20,311 bases of DNA. It comes from Planctomycetota bacterium (GTDB lineage: Bacteria > Planctomycetota > MHYJ01 > WSZJ01). A program made the position numbers and the translations under genes. The DNA is taken from positions 1 through 20,311 of the forward strand of contig JBBTCT010000019.1 of the NCBI GenBank assembly GCA_038060895.1, in the 5' to 3' direction. Below, piece after piece: positions 1 to 7,496 of this stretch; position 1 is the first letter of the stretch, and every line of letters starts with the position of its first letter. The notes beneath the pieces were generated by a model, which was not told where the DNA came from, made no database searches, and was given only the letters and a program-made list of their open reading frames with translations.

Positions 1-1
1 G

Positions 2-2818
2 GCGCGGGCGCTCGCGGCGGCGGGAGATTCCCGCGCCGCGCGATGGGCGACGCAGGCGCGCGCGCTCGGCGGCGCCGGCGCGCCGGAAGAAGCGCTCTCC
101 GCCGCGCCGCTGGCGGGCCGCCCGGCGCGCGTCGTCGCGCGGCGCGCGATCGCGGCGGAATTCCAGGGCAGCCCCGCCTTCCACGCAACCGCCGGCGATA
201 TCGCGGCCACGACTGACCCGGGCCACAAGGAACTCGTCGCGTTCGCCCCTTCGGGCCGCGTCCTTTGGCGCTGGCGCTGGGCCGAGCCGCAGAAACTCAT
301 CGACGGACGCTTTCAGCGCACCCGGACCTGGGACTTCGGTGACCTCCTCGCCCTCCCCGATGCGTTTCTCCTCGTCGTGCGCGAGGAGGACAGCGTGCAG
401 CACGAATTCAACAACTCGTCGGACTTCGCCGGCGCCTGGCTCGCGCTCATTGACGCCCGCACCGGGGAAACCCGATCGCTCGCACGCGCCGAAGGACAGC
501 TCTGCGACCCGACCCGCCCCTCCCTCGCCCACGCCGGCCGGCTCTTCGTCTCCAACCCCGAGATCTCCGCGATCGTCGCCACCGACATCCACTCCGCCCG
601 CACCGCCTGGGTCCGCCCGCTCCCCCGCGCCTCTTCCAAAACCGACCCCGACCGCATCGAGGTCCTCCCCCGCCTCGCCGCCCGCGACGGCCTCCTCTTC
701 GTCCCCTCCCCCCACGGTTCCCGCGTCATGGCCCTGCGCATGATCGACGGCACGACCGCGTGGGAAACCGCCACGCCCGGGCCCGCCGTGGACGTCGCCC
801 TCGATGGCGAAGCGATCTGGGCTTGCGCAGGAGACTCGATCGTCAAGCTTGAAGCGGCGACCGGGCGAATCCTGCTGCAGGCGAAGCTGGGCGCCACGGT
901 GATCGGCGCACCGGCGCGGCTCGGGGACGTTCTTTCGGCGCGCACGCGCGACGGCTGGCTGCGCGGCATTTCGGCGACGGATGCAACGGAGAAGTGGAAG
1001 GTCTTCGTGGGCCCGGCGGCGCGCCTCGAATCGCTCATCGCAACCGACGGCGCATTTTTCCTCTGCCGCCGCGACAACCGCGACGTCCTCCCGTCCTGGG
1101 TCGTCACCCCGGACGGACGCGCGCTCCGCCGCCTCTATCTTCGCTTCACGTCTCCCCCCGAAAACTGGCGCGGCTCCCTCCTCGTCGACGATCTCTTCGG
1201 CCGCCGGCAGGCGTTCTGCCTCCCCGCTGGCGGCGACGACTTCTCGCCGCTCTTCCCTTCCGGCCTCCTCCTGGTCGACGGAGCGGCGATGGTGGCGGAC
1301 GACGCCGGGGCGATCGCGCGCGTCGCGGACGGAAAACCGCCGCAGGTCGCGGCGGCGCTCGCTTCGGCGGCCCTGGCGATCGACCCCGAGAATCCCGAAG
1401 CGCTCGCAATCCGCATCCGGCTCGCGCCTCCGGCCGACGCGAACGACCCTTCGCTCGCCAACGCCCTCCGCGCCGACGCCTGGCGCGCACTCGACGCGTT
1501 CCCCCCGCTCGATCCGCGGCGCGGCGAAACGCTCAAGGCCGTCGAGGCCGCCCTGAGCTACCAGATCCCCCTCCTCGTCAAGTTCGACTCCGGCTCCGGC
1601 CCCTGGGTCGACGAATTGCGCCTCTTCAATGCCCTTCACCGCCTCGCCAGGGCCCAGGGCGACCGCGACGCCATCCAGGCCGTCGCCGAGTCCGGGCTGC
1701 GCGGCGCGACCGACTTCCTCCCTCCCGCCGACTTCGATCCCCTGTCCGCCGTCGCCCGCCTGCGCTGCGGTGAAGCCTCGGTCCTCGCGAAAGTAATCTC
1801 CGAGCTGCACCTGCCGGCCGGAACGGCCCGTATGGAAGCGGCCGAAGCTCTCGCCTGGCGCGACGAGAAGGAGGCCGTTGACGCACTGCGTCAACACCTG
1901 GGCGAAGGCGAGCCCGTCCGCGTCCGCCTGTCTGCCGCACTCGCCTGCGCTTCCGACGCCGCATCGTTCGAAGTCCTCGAGAAATTCGGCCTTCCCTCCG
2001 ACGACGACGCGATCTTTTTGCGAAGTGCCTCCATTCTTCTGGCCGCAGGCCGCCCGAAGGCGATCGACGCTCTCGCAAACCCGGAGAACAGCCGCCGCTT
2101 CGCCGGGGACTGGGACTCCCCGCTCGACATGCTCGCCGCCTCGACGAATCCCGACGCCCGCGCGCGCCTGGAGGCGATGATCACGCCGAGGGGGCAGCCG
2201 GCGATCGCCGCGGCCCGGGCGCTGCTGCAGCGCGACCGTCCGCGCGGCATGAAGGCGATGGCGGCGGCGTTGGAGAAGTGCGAGCCGCGCGCGGACAACG
2301 AGCGGTGGCTGCTCCAGATGATCTCGCCGTCGGAGGTCCCGGAAATCGGGCCGGCCTACGCCGGGCGCGCGAAGGCGTTGCTTCCGTCAGAAGACGACAT
2401 TTCGTGGCCCGCGGTCCACCACATGATTGCGGAATCGCTGGACGTGTGCGGGAAAGGGGCCGAGGCGCGCAAGTTCCTGGACACGTACGGGGCGATCCTG
2501 CCGGACACGGCCGAGACGAACAACAATACGGCCTGGTTCATGGCGATTGCCCGCACTCCGGAGATGCGCGGCGGCGGTGAGGCGATCAAGCGCGCCCTCC
2601 GTGCCGTCGCCGCGGAGCCGTGGAACGCCAGCTACCTGGACACTCTTGCCGAGGCGTACCGCGCGGACCGGAACTGGAAGGAGGCCTGTTCGGCGGCAGG
2701 GAGGGCACTGGAGCTGTCCTCGACGGACAGGGACGCGATGTCCGCGCCGTATTACGAACGGCAGGTTGCGAGGATGAAGGCGCTGCGGGATTCCGACGGG
2801 GCGTCCGACGGGCGCTGA
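2..2818 (+). CDS. Large multidomain protein, 5'-truncated: PQQ-like beta-propeller repeats, then HEAT/ARM-like helical region, then C-terminal TPR-like repeats
   Basis: The frame of the 377..2818 ORF stays open back to position 2 (ARALAAAGDS...GRVLWRWRW...), so the true start lies upstream of the window. PQQ-type blade motifs: ALIDARTGE, ALRMIDGTTAWE, LEAATGRILL, GISATDATEKWK. HEAT-like text: RVRLSAALAC, AIAAARALL. TPR-like tail: NNNTAWFMA...AVAAEPWNASYLDTLAEAY. Stop TGA 2816-2818. Confidence 0.75.
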   Translation, partial: ARALAAAGDSRAARWATQARALGGAGAPEEALSAAPLAGRPARVVARRAIAAEFQGSPAFHATAGDIAATTDPGHKELVAFAPSGRVLWRWRWAEPQKLIDGRFQRTRTWDFGDLLALPDAFLLVVREEDSVQHEFNNSSDFAGAWLALIDARTGETRSLARAEGQLCDPTRPSLAHAGRLFVSNPEISAIVATDIHSARTAWVRPLPRASSKTDPDRIEVLPRLAARDGLLFVPSPHGSRVMALRMIDGTTAWETATPGPAVDVALDGEAIWACAGDSIVKLEAATGRILLQAKLGATVIGAPARLGDVLSARTRDGWLRGISATDATEKWKVFVGPAARLESLIATDGAFFLCRRDNRDVLPSWVVTPDGRALRRLYLRFTSPPENWRGSLLVDDLFGRRQAFCLPAGGDDFSPLFPSGLLLVDGAAMVADDAGAIARVADGKPPQVAAALASAALAIDPENPEALAIRIRLAPPADANDPSLANALRADAWRALDAFPPLDPRRGETLKAVEAALSYQIPLLVKFDSGSGPWVDELRLFNALHRLARAQGDRDAIQAVAESGLRGATDFLPPADFDPLSAVARLRCGEASVLAKVISELHLPAGTARMEAAEALAWRDEKEAVDALRQHLGEGEPVRVRLSAALACASDAASFEVLEKFGLPSDDDAIFLRSASILLAAGRPKAIDALANPENSRRFAGDWDSPLDMLAASTNPDARARLEAMITPRGQPAIAAARALLQRDRPRGMKAMAAALEKCEPRADNERWLLQMISPSEVPEIGPAYAGRAKALLPSEDDISWPAVHHMIAESLDVCGKGAEARKFLDTYGAILPDTAETNNNTAWFMAIARTPEMRGGGEAIKRALRAVAAEPWNASYLDTLAEAYRADRNWKEACSAAGRALELSSTDRDAMSAPYYERQVARMKALRDSDGASDGR

Positions 2819-2856
2819 GCGGAAGTGCGCGGGTCGCGCGGTTGCCCGGAACCTAC

Positions 2857-2917
2857 AACTTCAAAACCGCGAACTTCAAAACCGCGAACTCTCAAGCAAA
2901 CGGCGAACTTCAAGACG
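2857..2917. repeat. Short tandem repeat AACTTCAAAACCGCG x2 plus two degenerate copies
   Basis: Exact 15-mer at 2857-2871 and 2872-2886, followed by AACTCTCAAGCAAACGGCG and AACTTCAAGACG. Confidence 0.85.
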
Positions 2918-2972
2918 ACAATCTACCAGGGTCGCGCTTCCAGGCACCCCGGCAGGCGGGGGCCGTTTTGCT

Positions 2973-3086
2973 TGAGCGCGAGAAAATGTTCGTGGGTCGG
3001 GCGGAGTCGGCCCGATCAAGGCTGGCCTCTGTTCTACCGACGTCCGGGCCGACGCAGCCTGCCCCACGAACATCTTCTCGCGCTCA
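2973..3086. repeat. 114-bp MITE/REP-like inverted-repeat element abutting the tRNA 3' end
   Basis: TGAGCGCGAGAAAATGTTCGTGGG (2973-2996) and CCCACGAACATCTTCTCGCGCTCA (3063-3086) are reverse complements at 23/24. An inner perfect 9-bp IR, GTCGGCCCG (3006-3014)/CGGGCCGAC (3045-3053), extends the hairpin. Confidence 0.8.
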
Positions 3087-3159
3087 TAGCGGCGTCCGGA
3101 TTTGAACCGGAGACCGAGGGCTTATGAGTCCCTTGCTCTACCAGCTGAGCTACGCCGCT
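3087..3159 (-). tRNA. tRNA with anticodon CAT, most likely elongator tRNA-Met (tRNA-Ile2 not excluded); CCA not encoded
   Basis: Reverse complement folds as a cloverleaf: AGCGGCG-TA-GCTC AGCTGGTA GAGC-A-AGGGA CTCATAA GCCCT-CGGTC-TCCGG TTCAAAT CCGGA-CGCCGCT-A. It has a paired 1-72 and C11-G24 and lacks the G29-31/C39-41 triple, so it is not the initiator. G2-C71 and C3-G70 fit elongator Met. Confidence 0.95.
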
Positions 3160-3194
3160 GGACCGCGAGGAAACGCCCCGCGCTCTGGGGCGAT

Positions 3195-3223
3195 ACCTTA
3201 GACACGGGCCTGCGCCCGGTCAA
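3195..3223 (-). promoter_or_regulatory. sigma70-type promoter for the tRNA gene
   Basis: Minus strand reads TTGACC (3223-3218), 17 nt, TAAGGT (3200-3195), about 35 nt upstream of the tRNA 5' end. A-tracts lie further upstream (3236-3300). Confidence 0.7.
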
Positions 3224-3324
3224 GAACGCGACCGATTTCACTTTTCCTTTTTTGTTTTTCGTTTTTCGTTTTTCGTTTCCTTGTTGCCCCGTTTTTCTTC
3301 CCCGCCTGCCCCGGTGATCCCCCC

Positions 3325-3699
3325 ATGAAAGTGAATTACCTCATCATCTGCGACGGCGCCCTCCGCACCGCAGGCAAGCTCAACATCCTGGGCCTCTTCA
3401 ATATCGTCAACGTCCGCAAGTTCCCCACCCAGCAGCCCTTCATGGCCCTGGTCGCCGAGCTGAACGCCGAGCCCGGCGAGCACGAATTCTGGTTCCAGTT
3501 CAAAGGGTCGTCGGAGGAAGACCTCGCGCCGGCGACGCCGAAAGGAAAGTTCAAGGTCGGCGACGTCGGGCTCGGTGAAGTCGTCGCCGAACTCCGCAAT
3601 TTCCCGCTCACCAAGGCCGGATTCCTGTCCGTGCAGCTCGTGATCGACGGAAAGGTCGCGGGGCAACGCGATCTGTTGATCCGAAAAGAAGGTGAATAA
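3325..3699 (+). CDS. DUF6941-like small beta-sandwich hypothetical protein (124 aa)
   Basis: N-terminal IICDGA...GKLNILGLFN...FP and C-terminal LRNFPLTKAGFLSVQLVIDG resemble the DUF6941 pattern; codon usage is typical of the window. Confidence 0.65.
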   Translation: MKVNYLIICDGALRTAGKLNILGLFNIVNVRKFPTQQPFMALVAELNAEPGEHEFWFQFKGSSEEDLAPATPKGKFKVGDVGLGEVVAELRNFPLTKAGFLSVQLVIDGKVAGQRDLLIRKEGE

Positions 3700-3701
3700 T
3701 C

Positions 3702-3710
3702 TGCTAGAAT
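3702..3710 (+). promoter_or_regulatory. Extended -10 promoter element (TGnTAGAAT) for the 3743 gene
   Basis: TGCTAGAAT at 3702-3710, just after the upstream stop and 32 nt before ATG 3743; SD GGAG at 3732-3735. Confidence 0.5.
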
Positions 3711-3742
3711 CTTCCCCTTCGCGCCGCCATCGGAGAACGTCC

Positions 3743-4315
3743 ATGAAATCGATCTCTCTCGCCGTCCTTGTGTCCCTTGTCGCTCTTCCGGCCCTCGCCG
3801 AGCCCACTCCCAAGCAGGTTTACGGCGAGGCCATCCGCGACGCCGCCCTCGACTACCAGCAGGAAGTCCGGGACGCGAAAGTCGACTACTCCCGCGGGGT
3901 GGACGCGGTCAAGGAGTCGTGGTCGGTGGGCGCTTACGAAATGAAGAAGAACTACGAAGAAACCGTCGTCGCCGCCAAGGCGGTCTGGGTCGAGATCGCG
4001 AACCGCTCCGAGAAGGAATACGAGCAGGCCGTCAAAGAGCTGAAGGCCCGGCGCGCGACGGAGAAGGAATACGACGAAGCGGAACTCCAGTACAAGAAAC
4101 TGCTCATTGAAGCGAAGAAGCAGTACGGCGACGCGTGCCGGCGCGCGAAGGCGGCGTACGAAGAAGGCGTCGCGGTGCTGAAGGCGCAGTACGAGAGCAC
4201 GGTGGACATGGGGACCGCGACCTACCGCGAGAAGGTGCAGCGCGCCGCCGTGAAGTACAGGGCCCGCCTCAAGGAGGCGTACGACGAGTTGGTCGGGAGC
4301 ACCGAGGGCGACTAG
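3743..4315 (+). CDS. Secreted all-alpha protein with 11-residue (hendecad) aromatic periodicity (190 aa)
   Basis: Start reassigned to ATG 3743 (GGAG upstream). Sec signal peptide MKSISLAVLVSLVALPALA, followed by Ala/Lys/Glu-rich helices with Y/W every 11 residues. Confidence 0.8.
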   Translation: MKSISLAVLVSLVALPALAEPTPKQVYGEAIRDAALDYQQEVRDAKVDYSRGVDAVKESWSVGAYEMKKNYEETVVAAKAVWVEIANRSEKEYEQAVKELKARRATEKEYDEAELQYKKLLIEAKKQYGDACRRAKAAYEEGVAVLKAQYESTVDMGTATYREKVQRAAVKYRARLKEAYDELVGSTEGD

Positions 4316-4359
4316 CGCGGCGGCCGTTTTGAGATTGGTAGTTGGCGAAAGGACGGCAG

Positions 4360-4450
4360 GGGGTAGTGCGTAGGAGGCGGGAACAGCCCTGCTGATCCCC
4401 GTGCTTCCAGGTCTCCTTCTAACTACTCCCTACCCACTACCTCCTACCCC
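4360..4450. repeat. Inverted heptamer-repeat element between convergent genes
   Basis: Left arm GGGGTAG TGCGTAG GAGGCGG (4360-4380). Right arm CTACTCC CTACCCA CTACCTC CTACCCC (4423-4450), whose units are reverse complements of NNNGTAG. Confidence 0.65.
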
Positions 4451-5606
4451 CCGCCTTTCCCGCCTTCAACCGAATCCTCGCGATCTCATCCATGATCGCG
4501 TCGCACTCGTCGTCCGTATTGTAGAAGTGCGGGGAGATGCGCACGCCGGCCTTCGGGCGGTAGTCCACGATGAACTTGCGGCGGATCAGCTCGTTGCAGG
4601 CGGCTTCGGCGCCGGGGAAATCGACTGAGACCGTCCCGGCCCGCACGGCGGGGTCCATCGGCGTATTCACGACGAGTCCCTGCTCGCGGGCCCGTTCGAT
4701 GATGCGCGCCGTCATCTGCATCGACCGCTTGCGGATCGCCTTTACGCCGACCTTCTTGATGATCCGGTATCCGGGGCGCGTCGAGTAGAGCCCCTGCACA
4801 CCGGGCGAGCCGCCCATGTACCGCATGACGGTGGGCGCGTACTTGATCGGGTCCATGTCGAAGTTGAAGGGGTGCTCGTGCGAGAACCAGCCGCACGACT
4901 TCGGCTCGTACTTGCCGATCAGGTCCTTGCGCACATAGAGGTAGCCGCCGCTCGGCCCGCCGCAGAGCCACTTCACGCTCCCGCCGACCATGAAGTCGCA
5001 GTTGAGGTCCTGCACGTCCACGGGAATCGTCCCGACCGCCTGGTACGCGTCCAGCACGACCACCGCGCCGACTTCATGCGCGCGCTGGATGATCGCCCTG
5101 GCATCCTGGATGAAGGCGCTTCGGAAGAGCACGTACGAGATCGGCACGACCAGCGTCGTTTCGTCAATTTCGCGCAGCATCAACTCCGTCGGCAGGTGAA
5201 CGCCGTCGGGCGACTTGACGATGACCACGTTCGCGCCGTCCTTCTCGCGCGCCTTCCAGTTGTAGTGGACCGTCGGGAATTCGAGGTCGCTGTAGACGAC
5301 CTTGTTGCGCTTCCCCTTGAAGTCGAAGCACGAGATCAGGACGTGCTGCAGCACCGAGACGTTCTGGTGCATGATCATCGTCCCCTTCGGCGCGTTCACG
5401 ATGGAAGCGATCAGCTCCGCCGTCGATTGAACCATCGGGACCCAGTCTTCCCACGCGACGACGCCTTTGGTCGCCCAGAGGTCTGCGAATTCCTCGAGCT
5501 CGTCGTAGACGCCCTTGGGCATCGCGCCAAGCGAGTTGGAGATCAGGTAGGTGCACTTCGCGAGGATCGGGAACTCGCGGCGCCACTTGAGCAGGTCGTT
5601 CGTCAC
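4437..5606 (-). CDS. kynU: Kynureninase-like PLP-dependent aminotransferase class V enzyme (389 aa)
   Basis: Motifs YLISNSLGAMP, LEFPT, VLDAYQAVG, GGSVKWLCGGP (PLP lysine), GWFSHEHPF and RISPHFYN. It lies directly downstream of a TDO-like gene. GTG start. Confidence 0.75.
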   Translation of the reverse strand: MTNDLLKWRREFPILAKCTYLISNSLGAMPKGVYDELEEFADLWATKGVVAWEDWVPMVQSTAELIASIVNAPKGTMIMHQNVSVLQHVLISCFDFKGKRNKVVYSDLEFPTVHYNWKAREKDGANVVIVKSPDGVHLPTELMLREIDETTLVVPISYVLFRSAFIQDARAIIQRAHEVGAVVVLDAYQAVGTIPVDVQDLNCDFMVGGSVKWLCGGPSGGYLYVRKDLIGKYEPKSCGWFSHEHPFNFDMDPIKYAPTVMRYMGGSPGVQGLYSTRPGYRIIKKVGVKAIRKRSMQMTARIIERAREQGLVVNTPMDPAVRAGTVSVDFPGAEAACNELIRRKFIVDYRPKAGVRISPHFYNTDDECDAIMDEIARIRLKAGKAGGRR

Positions 5607-5642
5607 CGGTCTTGGCTCCGTTCACGGCGAGTTTGGAGGTTT

Positions 5643-5747
5643 GAGTATTGAGGATTGAGCAGGGCGGAGTGAGGAGTTCGCAGGGAGCAGGTGCAAAGCG
5701 CCTCAACTCCGCACTCTCCACTCCTCCCTACTCAATCCTCAACACTC
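5643..5747. repeat. Inverted-repeat element with heptamer-repeat arms between the TDO-like and kynU genes
   Basis: GAGTATTGAGGATTGAGCAGGGCGGAGTG (5643-5671) pairs with CACTCCTCCCTACTCAATCCTCAACACTC (5719-5747) at 26/29. The left arm is built of TTGAGTA TTGAGGA TTGAGCA units. Confidence 0.8.
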
Positions 5748-5764
5748 CCAACCGGCCTTTGCAG

Positions 5765-6448
5765 TTACCCGTACTGCGGTGACACTGCCCGCGTCAGGTC
5801 GTTCACGGCCTTCCAGAGCGGCGGAAACACCTTTTCAACCGCGGTCGGCGCCAGCGCCGCCGCAGGCACTCCCTTCAGCGACTTCACTTCGTCCCCGATG
5901 ATCCGCCGCACGAGGTGGAAATGGTGGTACCGCCAGGACTGGAAGTTCTCGTCCACCTGCATCAGGGCCTGAAGGAACATCCACAGGTCCCAGTGCTTCC
6001 TCGGCTCCTTGTAGATCGCGTCGATCGTCGCCTTGCGGCGTTCTAGAAGCGCCGCGACATTCGGCCAGATCTGCGGAAGCCGCTCGAGCAGCGCCTGGAA
6101 CCCCGGCGACTCCTGGCCGCTTCCCTTGCCGAGCGCGTTCAGCCGGATCACGTGGTAGTCCGCCGGCGGCATCGACTCGAGGATCTTGAGCGAACCCGTG
6201 AGGTGCTCCAGGATGTGGGCGATGCGGCGCAGGTAATGGTCCGCGCTCTCCAGCTCGTCGCGGTCCACCATCCCGCTCACGCGCTCGATCTCGAAGCACG
6301 TTTCCTTAAGCCAGATTTCCATCGACTGATGAAGCGTCTGGAAGAGGAGTTCGTCGGGGTGGACCATCTGGTCGGGCGTTTTCTGAAGCGCGAGCAGTTC
6401 ATCGGTGCGGATGTACTTTTCGTAGTCGCTGATCTTTTTCTCTGCCAT
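5765..6448 (-). CDS. kynA: Tryptophan 2,3-dioxygenase family heme enzyme (227 aa)
   Basis: Start reassigned to ATG 6448 (MAEKKISDYEKY). TDO motifs: YIRTDELLALQ, HPDELLFQTLHQSMEIWLK, YHVIR..LGKGSGQESPGF, DENFQSWRYHHFHLVRRIIG, FPPLW. Confidence 0.8.
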   Translation of the reverse strand: MAEKKISDYEKYIRTDELLALQKTPDQMVHPDELLFQTLHQSMEIWLKETCFEIERVSGMVDRDELESADHYLRRIAHILEHLTGSLKILESMPPADYHVIRLNALGKGSGQESPGFQALLERLPQIWPNVAALLERRKATIDAIYKEPRKHWDLWMFLQALMQVDENFQSWRYHHFHLVRRIIGDEVKSLKGVPAAALAPTAVEKVFPPLWKAVNDLTRAVSPQYG

Positions 6449-6510
6449 GGGGAGCCACTCTAGCCGGGGCGCGCCCAATTTCAAGAAAGGGCCGGTGGAG
6501 AGAGAATCGG

Positions 6511-6538
6511 GGAACCCAGGACTGTGAAATGTGTCCAA
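6511..6538 (+). promoter_or_regulatory. Candidate ECF-sigma promoter for the 6580 lipoprotein gene
   Basis: GGAACC (6511-6516), 16 nt, GTCCAA (6533-6538), matching the general ECF pattern GGAAC-N16/17-GTC; SD GAGGAG at 6568-6573. Confidence 0.4.
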
Positions 6539-6579
6539 GAGACGGCCACAAACCGGAATTCCCCGTTGAGGAGCGCACG

Positions 6580-7437
6580 ATGAGAACTCTAGCCCTCTGC
6601 CTGCTCACGTTGTCCACGGCGTGCCGTGCCGAGGACACAGCGGCGGCAACATCGGTACTGGACGGCGCAACCCGGGCCCTTGAAGCGCAAATCAGCGGGG
6701 GCCAGGCGATGGGTCAATTCTGGGACGGTTTTGAGGAGGGAACGGAGATCGAATTCCGCCATGAATCCACAAGAAATGGCGTGAAACAGGAATCGTCCAT
6801 CTTCTACCAGATCCTGAAGCGGGACGGGCGGTCGCTGTCTCTGCGCGTGAAGAGTGGTGACCAGGATCGGACGATCGAGATCCAGGGGTTGCCTGAAGGC
6901 GCGGAAGACATGGTGAGTCCCCTGCGTGAGAAGCCGGTCGATCAGGCCATTCCAGGCCGCGAAATCGTCCAGGTCGGCGACAAGGAGTATTCGTGCACCG
7001 TAAGCGAGCGCACGGTCAAGTCGTACCCGCAGTGCGGCACGGGCGAACCGCAGTTCCGCATCCATCGAGTGCGCGCGTGGCACTGCAGCGACGTCGCGGC
7101 GCAGGGCGGGGTGCTGAAAGTGGTGGCGACCTGGGAGGAAGAGTGGGGAGAGGGGCTGCAGGTCAAACTGCGAACGGAACTGGCGGTGACGGAGCTCAAC
7201 GTGAAAAGGAAGATCGGCGACATCGAGCTCACCTGCTACGCAGTATCCACTTCGTCGCGGTGCGGAGAGATCGTAAACCAGGAATCGGCGGAATTGCGGA
7301 TGGACACGACCCCCGGCAGGATCATCGATTCCACGGAAAAATCCCGGGATTCCGAGGGCAAGTCGGACTGGGTGACCTCCCGTCATTGGGTCGGAAAAAT
7401 GTCGCTTACGCGCAAGGCAACGATCGAGAAGAAGTAA
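6580..7437 (+). CDS. Hypothetical exported protein/lipoprotein with two related beta-rich modules (285 aa)
   Basis: ATG 6580 after GAGGAG; signal peptide ending LSTA-C (lipobox-like). Internal similarity between VQVGDKEYSCTV...SDVAAQGGVLKV and RKIGDIELTCYA...MDTTPGRIID. Confidence 0.7.
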   Translation: MRTLALCLLTLSTACRAEDTAAATSVLDGATRALEAQISGGQAMGQFWDGFEEGTEIEFRHESTRNGVKQESSIFYQILKRDGRSLSLRVKSGDQDRTIEIQGLPEGAEDMVSPLREKPVDQAIPGREIVQVGDKEYSCTVSERTVKSYPQCGTGEPQFRIHRVRAWHCSDVAAQGGVLKVVATWEEEWGEGLQVKLRTELAVTELNVKRKIGDIELTCYAVSTSSRCGEIVNQESAELRMDTTPGRIIDSTEKSRDSEGKSDWVTSRHWVGKMSLTRKATIEKK

Positions 7438-7496
7438 TCGCGGCTCGACGGTTTCCTCGCTTCCCCCACAGGGTCCCTCCCCTCATAATCGTGCCC

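Noticed and set aside
2857-2917. Repeats as a possible mini-CRISPR array
   Set aside because: Units are 15 nt, directly abutting with no spacers, and there are no cas genes.
3087-3159. tRNA as attachment site of a prophage or genomic island
   Set aside because: No integrase and no duplicate of the tRNA 3' end was noticed in the window; only the small IR element is adjacent.
6993-7496. 168-codon N-terminal extension of the ATPase-like ORF (934 aa call)
   Set aside because: It overlaps the 6580-7437 gene in another frame and is Arg/Gly-rich shadow sequence. P1B-like sequence begins at ATG 7497, which has its own -10-like box.
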